A DNA stretch of 64,000 bases from Haplodiscus bocki (GCA_965655095.1 OZ296656.1:1736001-1800000), one strand, 5' to 3'. Counted from the first letter of the stretch, positions 45,601 through 57,100 are shown. Numbers and translations are program-made. Notes: generated by a model not told the origin, from the sequence alone.

Positions 45601-47774
45601 CGGGATCCTCTAAACTCATTGACAAGTTTTTGTTGATGGCAAATAGCGTTCTGGGAGAGGCACTGTTAGAAAACAACTTATATTTTGCATCCGGGGTACC
45701 AGCTGTTTTGGATCGCACAATCTCTGCCGACTCCGAAGAAAATGTTGCTGTAGATTTGACAATCAGCAAGAGTAGATTGGTGGAGTTCTTACACACATGT
45801 CAAACGGGACTTCCAAGCGAAGAAAGTATGATTGATGCTTCCCTAACTGCGCCCGTTGATTGGAAACCGGACTTTGGTAGACATCCTAGCCAAACAGTGA
45901 CATCGTACTGTGAACAGAGTAAGATTTTGAAATATTTAGTTGAAATCGTGGACTTGTACAGAGGAGGAACACAAAATTTTGTGAGACATCAAATCATCGC
46001 TGGGGCACCAGGAACGGGAAAAACATTCATCATGTTGAGAGCTCTGAGTTATGCAATATGTCAAGGACTCAATTGCATGGTAACTTCACTAGCGGCCGAA
46101 AGGTCGGCTGCTTTAGGTGGCAAGCATCTAAATGCTCTCATTCCTTTCCCGGTGGAGAAAAATGGAACTGTTAATTCTTTGTCTCGAGTAGCTTTGTCCA
46201 GCTTGCAGAAATCACCGGACAGAAGTCGGTTTCTCCAAAACTTAGATGTATTGTTTGTTGAAGAAATTTCGATGATCTCTAGTGAACTTTGGGCTGCGAC
46301 GGACCACGTTTTCCAAATCATCTGCTCAAACTACGTGCCATTCGCTGGCAAACTAATCATTGCAACCGGAGATTTTTTTCAACTCCCTCCACCAAAAGGA
46401 AGTTGTCTGATCAGTTCTTCATTCCCTCTAACGACTTTTCATTTTAGTTTTCTCCAGCACTTTGTGCGTATGCAAAATGAAACGGGTCAAAAAGTTTTGT
46501 CACTGATGTCAACTTTTCCAAGAACAACTGCCATCGGAAACCAAATTTGGAGTTTGATTGAGCGAAATTGCAATTTCGTAGATTGCTGGGATGACGTACC
46601 AAATGATACAATTCGAATTTTTGCTACTCGCAAAGCGGAAAGATATGCGACGTTCAAGAAAATTATTCAGGTGAAAGACAGTGGTTCCCAGTTCTATGAA
46701 AGTTCATCGACAGATGAAATGTGTGTGTCAAGTACGGACAACTGGATAGAAGCTTCTGGACCTGCAACAAAGTTTCTAAATAAGAAATGCTTGGAGTCAC
46801 AATCATTGTTTCTGTTCCCCGGAGCAATTCTTCGACTCACCGTGAACAAGCCAAATGTGATGGCTTTCCAAGGACAACTGTGTGTTTTGGTTTCACTGGA
46901 CTCGTTGGCTGACAACGGAACAGTAACTGTTGCCTTGGCCCCTGCTGGTTGCCGATCCATTCCACCACTCTCTGTAATACGAAGATCCTGGAGATGCATT
47001 GTTCTCGCAAAGGAAATCGGAGTTAACATTCGTCTAAACCACAGAACTATTTGTCGCAGAATCCAATTTCCCCTCAAATTGTACGTAGCGTCAACTATTC
47101 ACAAAACTATGGGCGAAACACTCCCAACAGTTGCTACGCAGATTGTTGGAGCTCAAGAGTTTTCTCTTTGGCTGCCGGAGCAACTATACGTAGTAATGAG
47201 TCGTGTTCGATCACTGGCGGATATCACTTTCGTGGGATCGAAGCAGTCCAACGAAGGAGCCATCCTGAGTTTGTTGTGTAAAAAGTCACAGTGGTCGGAG
47301 CTGACTACCGAGATCCTCCAAAAGTGTTCTTCCCGTGACCCAACAATCTTCCATGGCTCTACAGACCCCTTTCCGTCAACCATCAGTATACCGCAAGAGA
47401 ATGTTGGCTACTGTTATGTTATTCAGAGCGTCCCACAAAACAACTTGTTATATATTGGTTCAACAATGTGCCTGAATCGACGAATTCGTGAACATAATGT
47501 TGGCTTGGGAGCTTCATTCACGCATGATCCCTCTCGAAGACCTTGGGTTTTGTGTGCTTACGTGACCGGCTTTCTTGCAAGCAGCTCCACGGAGAGAATA
47601 AGGTTTTTTGAAAAACAGTGGCTTGGGGCAGTCACTAAAGTGCTTAACTTGAGGAAGAAGAACATCTCCCTCCCGAATGCATTGTCAGCAGCAGAAAACT
47701 TAATCATGAATTGGCCTCATAAAGAAGATGTCCTGAAGTTGGTAATTTGCTGTAATCAGCCCATATTGCATTAG
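39675..47774 (+). CDS. RepHel-GIY-YIG protein, copy 3
   Basis: Same motifs; I saw no protein difference from copy 1. Confidence 0.95.
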   Translation: MPSGKSDFKRRRCAKCGRFSERNHSCPNNTDNVSSTSEPLGILYSIPDSNLLVSSVDTLHLESTLEAMGLSCSPTSGIIVNKTNIRLSSVQPSQSLSITGDGNCLFTALGVAVGLSHESGHDLRKLIVSNMDSVTFPENSLQTSIYSAEFPNQNKLLTSPTVNHYLKTSRMAENGVFGTCVEIYTFCQIFKLDVYVYHSILKSWLVYKCDCSNDRQGVFIQQTRTRDHFEVISGLTETYHTSLLLSEDFAGSSSQCGNSAMNTQCPGIQKTALAALDETEPLQKRRRTSDYPVANYLIENGEIKTTLTTFCLAEALCAGGNTTTQSKGPPPTALQHRQHQFHRLPGDELTDEIFLKLTENFVPSSKLPEESTVEIESKLVVTDTVNGADICCKCMREATVYFPLDIKAYSNAGLVNRKFGRKLKNEVVHLCCSCYSYCTAPKVDWQMAWPAVFFTLLSDTSKTEACLVAICSLLPLEIRQHWLGVITLFPICIQCVLNRPRILGTCTVDGTRRLERFEQLMKTMRQKEMAEALDSEPYPNIRCPFGCWTFIEDPGYIPAQHFINLIDRTFTSFQASAFKKLRGARLDFLCPLMCLETFLVAATVRLHEKEGLVVQTCSAHDRGCALQFLHPPRHPELGRIPTLFEERLAIASPSLSCVSSLKANYASHTYQLFRSVGSYSGMSTVSLRRKRRWNITSNRLFQAERTATFFRSDIPILIRQWVVQGKVIEDVATDLSQYQPKNEKLMEHVGVDLDTCIRLTKVMDKNEQELLSNVKFLQCYALAQPNNEHGCSPPPLINDTGDTLWFLQAACCISPILCSSMVSGVNHVLAKNMFSLLRHTFARFGKESKLQRISEAQADIDSILNNAATNNDNPILISNFLQAGGVVLHALCADLCHLQLSQRIELTEKILRDVKVDTKHVIATTTDVNNLRNKVNPPLNIVLFDVQFELVGCGCGSRGTDAVILLRHGGRFCNFWRILKANKFAEPLLDSPETLVEKILRGYWTFLIYRGTNSKKVSTVKWHYLSNLTGQGVFICDKHDVPLTKDFRRSNYFCRCGRSSFLRCAYSKCNSCVCKKHFDEGMKHPNLRVLVAPLAERKLTPEVPNAEAAINPTQCELNSNIASVCDEDKSFVEPDLSTNCLSQNSSSSVASFLCNNMNANSISESQLAMNKLNVCSGERAIVAVQEASREEDYNIPLHILLNSRCNLLHRKRSHPISLTVKEKRFMENITASSTSSTPLLQPEGLLFPTIFWSQSFDGSIEGAIPISLFQSEKYNKQVGFAGLENMLRTRITDGSLLTSSHASYLQFVFDCLLNLQLSKTDIRIVLNRGWQELGSKPTNYQYYSAETFKFDCEESRKNVCEVAALIRDKNPTYFVTYTCGQSTHPGLRKIFEAIDKLYPPDMTSKELRLSVIQSELMPMLRCWHRASQYVMQWLKCSAEQPLGPVSHLWMRYEWQDETSAFPHIHALVCTGENKFGPEVQSRVCCSKETFMGALNDCCPALSDSERFRLGELFQKYQRHDCGKGKNRCKKKTDWLGKPVCRVPKYPASVGFSYKQIQPNYSEETWDLLRAMKLSYIDPNSSTDKAEEELKAGKHHYPAAYNEHISPTNAALFAFTESSTNVQICDDEMCSRYVAKYAAGVEGRAFTKIVASAGEDEVKVQTEPIVNEKIAGVQTSVTKKRRDDDKRKSVTGRIVSITECLWWALQLPYVCTNVDFIHVPTVPKEFRSGIVIEKQIARTMNFSAVFAEAVRIRKNVLKLPKHRQLTRNQELLLADVEASSITPDKVTIFGLRPPELLFVSSLKSYFSWFVRFKINSSKGKSSHEILLSRASCNDFWVDCLGYAIKIRPPAISDFLDFCSTRSDNRRDEVLKQECRKHVLPKLQGTNSCPRLVAYNHCFSDQKAIVVFTNTLPSSPTKFLLHFVLTFGSFDTELDILAVSSLRESFIAAKLVERNNITVAVVLQLARRYLLQQLRFVPGSSKLIDKFLLMANSVLGEALLENNLYFASGVPAVLDRTISADSEENVAVDLTISKSRLVEFLHTCQTGLPSEESMIDASLTAPVDWKPDFGRHPSQTVTSYCEQSKILKYLVEIVDLYRGGTQNFVRHQIIAGAPGTGKTFIMLRALSYAICQGLNCMVTSLAAERSAALGGKHLNALIPFPVEKNGTVNSLSRVALSSLQKSPDRSRFLQNLDVLFVEEISMISSELWAATDHVFQIICSNYVPFAGKLIIATGDFFQLPPPKGSCLISSSFPLTTFHFSFLQHFVRMQNETGQKVLSLMSTFPRTTAIGNQIWSLIERNCNFVDCWDDVPNDTIRIFATRKAERYATFKKIIQVKDSGSQFYESSSTDEMCVSSTDNWIEASGPATKFLNKKCLESQSLFLFPGAILRLTVNKPNVMAFQGQLCVLVSLDSLADNGTVTVALAPAGCRSIPPLSVIRRSWRCIVLAKEIGVNIRLNHRTICRRIQFPLKLYVASTIHKTMGETLPTVATQIVGAQEFSLWLPEQLYVVMSRVRSLADITFVGSKQSNEGAILSLLCKKSQWSELTTEILQKCSSRDPTIFHGSTDPFPSTISIPQENVGYCYVIQSVPQNNLLYIGSTMCLNRRIREHNVGLGASFTHDPSRRPWVLCAYVTGFLASSSTERIRFFEKQWLGAVTKVLNLRKKNISLPNALSAAENLIMNWPHKEDVLKLVICCNQPILH

Positions 47775-48682
47775 TACGTTAGAAAACACTGGCAAACTAC
47801 ATTTCAACAGCTTCGCCGACTGTCAAATGTGACGAAGTGAATGCCTTATCCCATAAAAAACATAAAGTTCATAATTTAATCAATACATAAAGTTTTTTTT
47901 AAACGTCCATCTATAGTATATATTCATTTGTCTCCGGTGGTTTCCAAAGCTGCACGTGTAAAGTTTTTAGTCTGTGTGTTTTTGCTTTTCGCTGTGGTTA
48001 AAGATATTTTTGTGAAAGTTTTTTCTTTTACTATTAACAACAATTCAATTGTTCAATTTTTGATGTCTTTGAGAGTAGTCTGCAGACTATTTAGCCTACG
48101 TACTGTTTTCCAAAGGTTTCGTTGTTTAAGTTAGTTAAACATAAAACTATCCGACAATATTCCTTTGCGGACAAGACTTTGCTGCAATTTGAACCTGATT
48201 TTTGGAACGTTAAAAGGGAGCATCAGGTGTTCATGATTTGCCCCTTAACAATGAACGTTCCTGATTGCCCACCGTATTTAAAGTTGATTGATTAGTGATT
48301 TTAACTTTTTGCACTGCTTTTTTCCCATATGCTTATGGAACGCTTTGTTTTGTGTATGTCTTAATAACGATGTACACCTACATAGTGTATGATAAAAGCC
48401 CTGTACTCCTTCCTGTTTCGACCGCAAGGTGGAACTCTTGGTAAAACGTTAGTGAAACTTCTATACCAAAAACCAGACACACTCAAATGAGCAAATTTAT
48501 ATTTAGAGGTTTTTGGAACGATGTTTTTTTCAGCTCTTCCGTTTTATACTATTATATAATATAATGCCAATGACAGTTATCTTCTGTGTTCCATCGTAGT
48601 GTACCTATGCTGTTGGAGTCATTAAATGTCGTTTTTTTGTCGTCACCCCTTGTCGTTGTTTTTCAACGTTCTGCAGATCTAA

Positions 48683-49439
48683 ATGAAACATCTTATCATA
48701 GCTGATTCCCTTGGGAGAAGACTTGTCATGAAGCACGAAGACCTGGAAGTGAAGTTTTTCCCTGGAGCCACGGCATCTTGCCGTCGGGTAATTGAGTGTT
48801 TAAGAAACCTAACAACGTTTTATGAATCAATCATTTTGTTCATCGGGGGAAATGGACTTACAGGCCGGGGCACACGACGGGGAAAGACTCCTGAGCAAGT
48901 GAGTAATTTCAACACAATATCAAGTTGGTTGCGACTGAAAACATTTTAGAATTAGACTGGTTGCAACATCAGGGTGCATTGTGTATGAATTGATCCGCAG
49001 GTGATATTTCCCTGCGAAAATAATTTCCAATTATTAAGCAGAGCTTCAAATGCAACTGAAAATATTTTTTTCCTCCAAATTTTGAAGAAAGTTCAACAAA
49101 ATCAAACGAAGTGCATGTTCAGCTCAAAAATTTTTTGTTAACTCTTAGGTGGTTCAAGACATTATGTACCTCGTGCGTCTGGCCATTCCAAAGTGTTACA
49201 CAGTATACTGTCTGGCTCTGGTCATGAGATCCAAACCTTGCCTCTTAGATATCAAAAGGGTTAACGATGGACTCAGAAACTCTGTGGGTCAATACAATTT
49301 TGTGTCGGTGGCTAGCAAAATGAGCTCCGAAAGGAATTTGATGGATGGCGTGCATTTATCTCGTCACGGTGTTTCAAACTTGATGTACATTCTAAGGAAA
49401 AGAGTTTTGGGTACTGTACTACCTTTTTCTGACCTGTGA
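48683..49439 (+). CDS. SGNH hydrolase, copy 3, join(48683..48898,49149..49439)
   Basis: Same sequence and splice sites as copy 1. Confidence 0.88.
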
Positions 49440-50748
49440 TAAGTACAAGTAACAAAGCCTTACTGACGTAGTTGTTGATTAATGAACGCAGTTTCTAACA
49501 TGGTACCATGTTTTTGATTTTTTGGTAATCGCGTGTTTGCTCTCTTTCTTCTATGTTTCCTTTAAAGTATCAACGTTCACCGGAAAGTTGTCGTAATGTG
49601 GCCGACAAAATTGTGAACAATTGTAATTGTTTAATGGCCATTGTTTTAACAGAGCGTCGCAGAATACGTACACCTGCTCATCGTCGACTGGGGTTCTGAA
49701 AGCAATCACATTCTGTTCCAGCTGAAAAAGAGATAAAAGTGTGGTATTACGCCTCGACGACCAATGTTATGAAGGCTTCCTTCCGTATATTCGATACACC
49801 AGTTTTATCATGCAGCAAACAAATAGGAGTTATTGGTTATTTTACTGTGCATACAATTGGAATCGACTGTAAAGTTATCTGAGTGTTTAGATCTTGTAAG
49901 TTCCGAACAAAATTAAATGATTTTTTCGAATAAATGTCAGTTCAACCTATAAAACCCTTGAATTTGTCACTTTGCGTTGTTTCTTCCTGTATGTTAGTTT
50001 CCTTCAGTCACGTTTTTCCATAGACTTTGAGTACTGCTAAACCCATGAATGTTGCTCTTTGTTCGGCGCTGTTTTTATGCCTGTTAATTTTCATTGCTAA
50101 TTGAACTGCTTATTGAAATAAAGCATTACCAGATTGCTTCCCCTGAAATAACGTTTTATGTAACTTAGATTCAACTTCATTTGTTGAAGTCAAGAAACTG
50201 CCGATTGTTTTATTTCTCTTGAATTGCTATCATTGTCTGTGCACTGATTTGTTTAATTTTGAAAAGGTTTTCTTTCGTGTTAGAGTGGTTTTCACGAAAG
50301 AGAAATTTTTATCCTGAATTAACACGTTTCAATTCCCTATAGTCTTTTCATTTACATTCACAGCCGTTAATGATGCGTGAAAGTTCGTTGAAAAATGTAA
50401 TTGTGAGCAAACATAAACGTCATTCACTGATGACTGAACTTTGAAACTGTTGACACGTGAAAAAAAGTTGAAAGAAGTCAGTTCCGCCTTTTGCGTGGCA
50501 TCACGTAAAGGAACATGTAACTTTTTTCAATAGAAAACTAGCAAGAAGTTTTTTATCAAACCTTTTAATGTATACTAGCGATTCTCACTGTGACGTGGAA
50601 AATTACTGAAGTTGTATTTGATCATGTTGAACTTCATCTTCCTTGTTTTAATTTTTGAGAGTAATTAGTTCTGCGTCCTGAATAGGTTGACGAAATGTCA
50701 CTGTGTAAACCGCGTTGTATAAGATGATGCTTGAAAAGATTGTTCCAG

Positions 50749-51762
50749 ATGATGACCACCCGTGTAAATACGGCCCAAATAACTGCTCCCAATTTCTTGC
50801 GCAACAGTGAGAACACATATATCCGAGGTGTTGTTTTGGTTTTTAAAAAATTTGATCGTCCCCTACAGTTATTTCGACCGCAAGCTGTAAAAGCTAAACG
50901 AATGAGCCCTGACACAAACTACGATCGCCTAATCATCATCGGCGAAATCGAAACGCGAGAATGTTTTGCAATAATAGCAGATTCTGCGCAGAAAAGTTCA
51001 CTCCTTTTTGCTGACCGAAAACTAACTATTGGTGCCATCGTTGATGTGAAAGAAGCTATTTTTTCCAACTCCTGCCTTGGTAACGATCGAACTAATCCAA
51101 TTTTTAATGTGTCTCTTCCTTCAGAGGTAGTTACAGACGACCCGCCAATGGAGCCTATTCCTATCGATTTGAATCCCTCGACGAGTGCAATGTTTCACTT
51201 CTGTCTCCCAAACCGACCCCTTTCGTTTTTGCACGCAATTCCTGTGTTTCCGACTTGTTCCGGTTTTTTGTGCGACAGAAGAAATAGAAAAAACGAAAGC
51301 ATTTGCGCATGTTTGCAAAAATCGACTTTGTCAGCGTGGGTCATGTCAGCAAGGGTAATTAGTCAGGACATATTGAGCGAAGACGATGATCCTCTAACAG
51401 GGGATGTTCTGCAAAGTTTGTCATTGACCAAACTTTTTTGTGAGGAGGCTATCATTAGATCGGCATACACATCAATTGACAGGGGACTTTTGAGAGACGC
51501 TGTCATGCGTGTTGCTAACCATGTTAATAGCAATGGTGGGTGGAGAGTGTCAGGCTTCTATAAAACTGCTTTAACAGAAGAAAACATTGCGCAAAATGTT
51601 CAAAGGGTAAGAATTTGTCGAATCACTCCAGCGATTGAGATCCCTGTGCACTTGAAATACAATGTGATTCCTTGGATTGGAGACAATACAAACCAGCCAC
51701 CACGCCTTCTTCACGCTAACGCAAATTTGCCAGCAACTAACAATGTAAACAACATGAGATGA
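50749..51762 (+). CDS. Hypothetical protein, copy 3
   Basis: One L>S change (51122) relative to copies 1 and 2. Confidence 0.8.
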   Translation: MMTTRVNTAQITAPNFLRNSENTYIRGVVLVFKKFDRPLQLFRPQAVKAKRMSPDTNYDRLIIIGEIETRECFAIIADSAQKSSLLFADRKLTIGAIVDVKEAIFSNSCLGNDRTNPIFNVSLPSEVVTDDPPMEPIPIDLNPSTSAMFHFCLPNRPLSFLHAIPVFPTCSGFLCDRRNRKNESICACLQKSTLSAWVMSARVISQDILSEDDDPLTGDVLQSLSLTKLFCEEAIIRSAYTSIDRGLLRDAVMRVANHVNSNGGWRVSGFYKTALTEENIAQNVQRVRICRITPAIEIPVHLKYNVIPWIGDNTNQPPRLLHANANLPATNNVNNMR

Positions 51763-53043
51763 ACGATTAATTGAAGCAACAAAACTCAAAGAAATGTTAT
51801 GTCAATCACTGTTGTGACATTTTTTACTACAGCTAAAAATTACCTATAGAATCAAGAGAGGTATTACAGACAAGTAAAACAATGTGCCAGTAATCATTTA
51901 GCAAACTACCGAATGTTGTTTCCATGCAACATCGACTGTTACAAGGCATTCGACCGTAAGGTGTTTGCCCAAAATTAGGAGTTCATTTGGCGTTAAAGAA
52001 AATGAGAGTTGTCGTAAAGTGGATTTATTTTACGTGCATCAAAATGAACTGTCAATTGTTGCTACCATTCATTTGCAGTTAAATTGAGAGTTTACTTTGT
52101 TTCACTGGACATTTTTATTTATCACAGTTTAAATTGTTTTCTGTAGTTGGTACATATAATGTTCATTAAAAATTAAATGGATCATCTAGAGAAAAGTTTG
52201 TGTGCAGCTCCTTACAACTAATTACCTCAAACCTAATTCGTTGTCCACTGAGACAAAAAAGTTGCTACAGTTATGTAACTATAACATAATTTTCGCAAAT
52301 TATTTTACAAATAATTCGGCATTGGAAGAAAAAAAAGATAAGATTTTTTCAAAAATAAATTGGCCCAGAATAAAACTTGTGTCACCAACAGTTTGCCAGC
52401 CCAGTAGTTTACTACGAAATTTCAGCAAAGCTTGATTGCCGCCCCTTCAAAAAGTTGACGGATTTCAGATAGATCAATTAGAAAAACTGACTTTTTTAGC
52501 AGGTTTTTCTTTTTTCTTCGACAAAAAATCGTCATAACCGTCATTATTTTCGGCAATTTGGCCAAAACATTTTTTCGCTGCAAAATTATTTTTCTTTTGA
52601 TACAGGTCCCGTCACGTTGTGACGAATGCTCACATCACTTTTTTAACATCAACCTGGGAGAAATGACAAAATGCTCGATTTTGGCCTCTTTTTGACAAAT
52701 TTGAAAGGTCATATCTCCTAGGGCAAAAGGCCCTGGCCAAAAATTTTTGGCATGTAGGTAGTTAACAGCAAATGTGCTTCACACAAAAAATTTGGGTCCA
52801 ATGCTATGGGTAAAGTGTGGAGATAATGCGGGAAAAACATCGAAACCTGCCAAAAAACAGGATCATTGCGTCATATCTCCCCAACCAAAAGAAAAAAAAT
52901 GATGTAAGTGCCAAAAATCTTCATACATCGGCGGACTCTATCCACATGCAAAGTTTCATCAAAATCGTATGGTTAGGTTTCGAGATCGTCTCCTTTTCGG
53001 CGGGTTGAGTGTAAGTGTAAACTTGATTTTTGAAACTCGGCAC

Positions 53044-53140
53044 AGGGGCCCCTCCCCCGCCTCGTAACAGTTTTGTGTCGCTAAAAAGCTTGACCACCCA
53101 GTGGAGGCACCGGTGAAAATCACCAGGTGGCGGTCACTGG
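53044..53140 (+). other. Junction signal 4 (core 53091-53109), overlapping an imperfect hairpin
   Basis: The core is identical to the others. The sequence CCAGTG-GAGG-CACC-GGTGA-AAA-TCACC-A-GGTG-GCGGT-CACTGG can fold back on itself. Confidence 0.88.
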
Positions 53141-54133
53141 AGAAGCACCTCTGAAATAGGATAGTTTACTGATAGTCTTTTCTTCGAACACAGTAATGAG
53201 TTTTGCAAATGCCTGTTTAATACATTGAAATTGAGCCTGTGAAATCTTCATTGAAATCGACAAGACATCGAGGACGAAGCTTGCAAAAAGTTCGGCCCCG
53301 TTGTTTCTCCGTGTCGCTTCGCTAATCTACGAAACAACGGGGCGGGGCAAAAAACAATTTGAATTTCGATTTTTTTTTTCAATTTTGGGCCAAATTATGA
53401 TTGTTTTTCCAGAAAATTTCAATACCTCAACCCACAAAAAAGGTTCAAATTCAAAACAACTATGCAGTAAGAAAAATTTGGGGGAAAAATGGACAAAAAA
53501 ATTGCCAGATATGAATTCTACAATCAAAACTGAGGTTTTGGAAACTTTTAATTTTTTTTCGAAAATTTCGTCATAACCGTCATTTCTTTCGGCAAAGTGG
53601 CCGAAAATTTTTCATCTTCGGAAAATTGCCTTTCAAGTTATGGAGTCGATTTCATACTGGAGCCACTCCAGAGTGCAAACTATGCACTTCAATGTGGGAG
53701 CTATGACGAAATGGTCGATTTTCGGCATTTTTTTCCAAATTTCATCCGTCATATCTCCACACCTATGACGAGTTGGTAGAAAATTTTTTGCATGCGTGTA
53801 GCCCTTAGTTATTCTGCTTCACACGAAAAGTTTCGGCCAAATGCATGTGGTTACTTGCAGGGCTGTCGCTAAGAAACTGCAAAATGAGGCCAAAAAACAG
53901 AATCATCCCGTCATAACTCCCCTACCATTTTTGCTAGAATGATTTAACTTGCACCATTAATCTTAGAATTGAAAGTTATGTCCGCATGCAAAGTTTGATC
54001 CAAATCGTATTGGTGGGAGCTGAGATCGTTATTTTCCTATACCGTATTTGCATAGAGTTATTTCTTATATTTTAACGCGAGGCAAAGGGGCCCCTCCCCC
54101 GCCTCGCCAGGACCTATGAGGGGCGTAATCCCG
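53091..54133 (+). mobile_element. Putative 1,043-bp non-autonomous mini-unit running core to core
   Basis: Begins with the core plus a CGGTG-AA-T-AC-AG--GGCGG motif like the long units, and ends with subterminal region A' and the GC block. No credible ORF. Confidence 0.6.
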
Positions 54134-54176
54134 TGACCACCCAGTGGAGGCGACGGTGAAAATTACCAGAAGGCGG
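54086..54176 (+). other. Junction signal 5 (core 54134-54151, 18 bp)
   Basis: AGGGGCCCCTCCCCCGCCTCG (54086) and TGACCACCCAGTGGAGGC are unchanged although the flanks have diverged. Confidence 0.9.
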
Positions 54177-57100
54177 GATTTTTTGCATCCAATTTTTTTG
54201 CTGCATCATTTCTGGTGATTGGTTCTTTTTTCTAAAGGGTTGTTTTTATAAAAGGAAACTGTTGTTTTTTTATTTACGATACCTTACTCCAGGCTGAAGA
54301 ATAGCTCACACGACGCGGTACAACTGATACATGGATACATGGACAGTTTGTCTCACACCGTAAGATTGCGTTTTTTCCGCAAAAGGTATAGTTTTGTAGA
54401 CTTTTTAAAAGTTGACAACAGCAGCAATGAAGGATGGCAAACATACTTTCTGGTCGATTTTTACACAAACTCAGGTCAAAACGGCGCTAATGTAACAAAT
54501 TTTTAAAGTTGTCAGCTGCAGAAATAATATTTAACTTCACCCATTTACCCGTGACCGACTTACATAACAATGAACGTTTTCATTGAATAACCTTCCCATT
54601 TGTTTAATCCGGAATTTTTCAAAGAAATCATTGGCTTGCAGAATGGGTGATGTACCTGAAGCATTTCTTGGTGGTCCTCCATACCGTTTTTTGTTCTTCA
54701 GAGAAACAATATTGGTGTTGCGGGCTCGTCCACGTCATTTGGCCTTTTTCATACATGAAAAAGTACAGTTAGGTGTTCTGTACCAGAGAAATTCATGAAC
54801 AAAAAGTTCCGCGCCAAAACATTTCATCCATTATGTAACTATTTTATTCATGCACCGTTCAAAACGCATTAAATACGTTTAATGCGTCCAGAAGCAGAAC
54901 AAAAGGATTAATGGTAACTAGCCATTTTCATCATTGACTTGAGACACTTGTCTCCATTGTCTCCATCAAGTCATCGTCAGCCATAGATTATGACAAGTTA
55001 AAGGCCACTTTGATGACGTATCAGTGCTGATAGTAGACTAAATGTGTGTCTTTCTTTTGTCAAGTGGTGAAATTCGTGCTTTGATTTTCCTGATTTTCAG
55101 CTTTTACCAACAATAAACGTGGTTAGTGAAAGGAATCGAAACAGTTTCTGAAGGTATCATGCTCAGTTAAAACGATGCTTCTTTACTATTGATGACTTTC
55201 AAGAGTGGTTTCGATTTTAAGAATTTTTTTCTTCTACAGACCGAACCAGAACTGTCGCGTTTCACAAACGTTTTTGCGTGAGGTTCTTGGAAGAGGCTAT
55301 TCGGTCGGTTCCGACGCATACATAACGGAGTTTTACACTTATTCCAAAATAACTTTTGAATTTTGTGTAAAAAATTACTTGTTGTCAGATAAAATGATCA
55401 GCGAACGAGCATGTTATGGATACGTTTTATTCTTGTGAAGTTTTGTCGAGGTTTCTTTTTGGATATTGCGTTTTTATATCAAATCGTAAATTGTTTTACG
55501 TGAACTCGGCATCGCCAATTTCCAATCCCGCATTTGAACCCTTTCATGTAGATACTTTTTCGTATGTGATAGAAACGTATGAACTGTTCATCCTGTAATT
55601 CCTGACTCACTGAAGTCTCAACTGATTTTGGTGAACAATTTTTGGCTTGTGTCGATAAATTCGGCGCATTAACTTTGGTAAATTACTTTGCTAACGTTTT
55701 CCTGGGAGAAGAGTGCTGTGTAACGCTTGTCAGAATCGCTGGCTGACTACTAATACTTTTCAATAATTTCTAAAACTAAAAGGGGGACTACGCTGTTATC
55801 ATCGTACATGAAATGTTGAAATAGTTAATGGCGCATTGGAGACGTGGGAAATTGAAAAGTAAACAAAATAATCGTTACTTTTAATGTATCCCCTTGGTTG
55901 CCAACGTTGACTGGCATTAGAGGAACAATTTCTACAGGTTCAACAAAGTTGAGCATATTATTGGTTTTGCTTAGGAGGAGAACTTGCTTTCATTTACTTT
56001 TTAACCGTCTGCGGCCTAAACACCGGTCACGTAACATTTAGTGTTCGCCATTCGTTAGCTGGTGAGTTTGGTGTCAGTCATGCGGTAAACTGAAAACAAG
56101 GGATAATTTCTTAGACAAACAGACCGTTTCCGCTGTCAGTGCGGGAATGAAAGATTACGTAACATTCTTGTTTCACGCTTTTGAAATAAGGGTTTTATCT
56201 CTTTTCAACTGAGCAGTAAAACGCTGTAACATGATATCCTACTTTGTTCAACAGTTCAATGTCAGTTTAATTTAAGCTAATTTTTCATGTTCATTGCTTT
56301 AGATATATTTGCTGTTCTTATCGCCAACTACAGGACGGTTAAGTTTCCAGCAGTAAAAAGCAAGCTTCAGATTGATTGCCATTGTAGTCAGCTTGAAGTA
56401 AAGGCAGATAATTGTGTAGTCTGTGTCATTATAGGAAAATTCTTCATGATTTTCGGGTGCTCATTAAAAATAACGTTCGAATATATGAAAGGCAGATTAA
56501 ACTTGAGTATTTTTTTGTTTTTGGTTGTGCTGTGCTGGCAGGGAAGAAAATGATGCAATTTTGCGTGTATCTGCAAAAGTTTATTTTCGTTTTTGTTTGT
56601 GTTTGCCAATTGTCACCATATTGAGTAAATTAATGACAAAAAGTGTGTTTCTCGTGCAGTTGTGTGAATGGTCTCTGTTTCATTCCACGTCAAAAGGGGG
56701 AAGTAATTGGCTGGTACCAATTATCGCAAGTGAAAGTTTTTGGGGAATTTTGACATACGCCTCCTTCCTGTAGGAGTTTGCTGGTTTTTGTTGCAGACCA
56801 AAACTTGCGACCTGAAGCCAAAGATTTTATATCGGCTTCTCTTTCTTGAAGGGTTAATTTGGAAAGTAGTTTATTGCTTCTTGTAAATGTTTAGAGACTT
56901 TCATTGTGTTTTCTATGTGCTTTGCCTGTAGGACTTTTGCTATTTGATGTCGGCACGAGTGAAGCACTATATGTAAAAGGCATCTTCCCAAAGCCTTGGT
57001 TTCGCTCAGAGGCCTTCGCAAAACCAAGGCGCTTCTGTTTTTCATTATTCAATTCGCAATGGAAACTGTAACCGTTATGGAAACAGTCCTTTCCTAAAAA

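Larger units (their letters stand above)
36196..53090 (+). mobile_element. Helitron-like element, copy 3
   Basis: Near-identical to copy 1 at +33,790, with private substitutions seen at 38497, 48436 and 51122. Confidence 0.9.
2406..53109 (+). repeat. Head-to-tail tandem array of three 16,895-bp units, bounded by a 19-bp direct repeat
   Basis: All ORFs recur at offsets of exactly +16,895 and +33,790 (5843/22738/39633; 14893/31788/48683; 16941/33836/50731). Identity starts at TGACCACCCAGTGGAGGCA (2406) and ends after the same 19-mer at 53091-53109. Confidence 0.98.
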
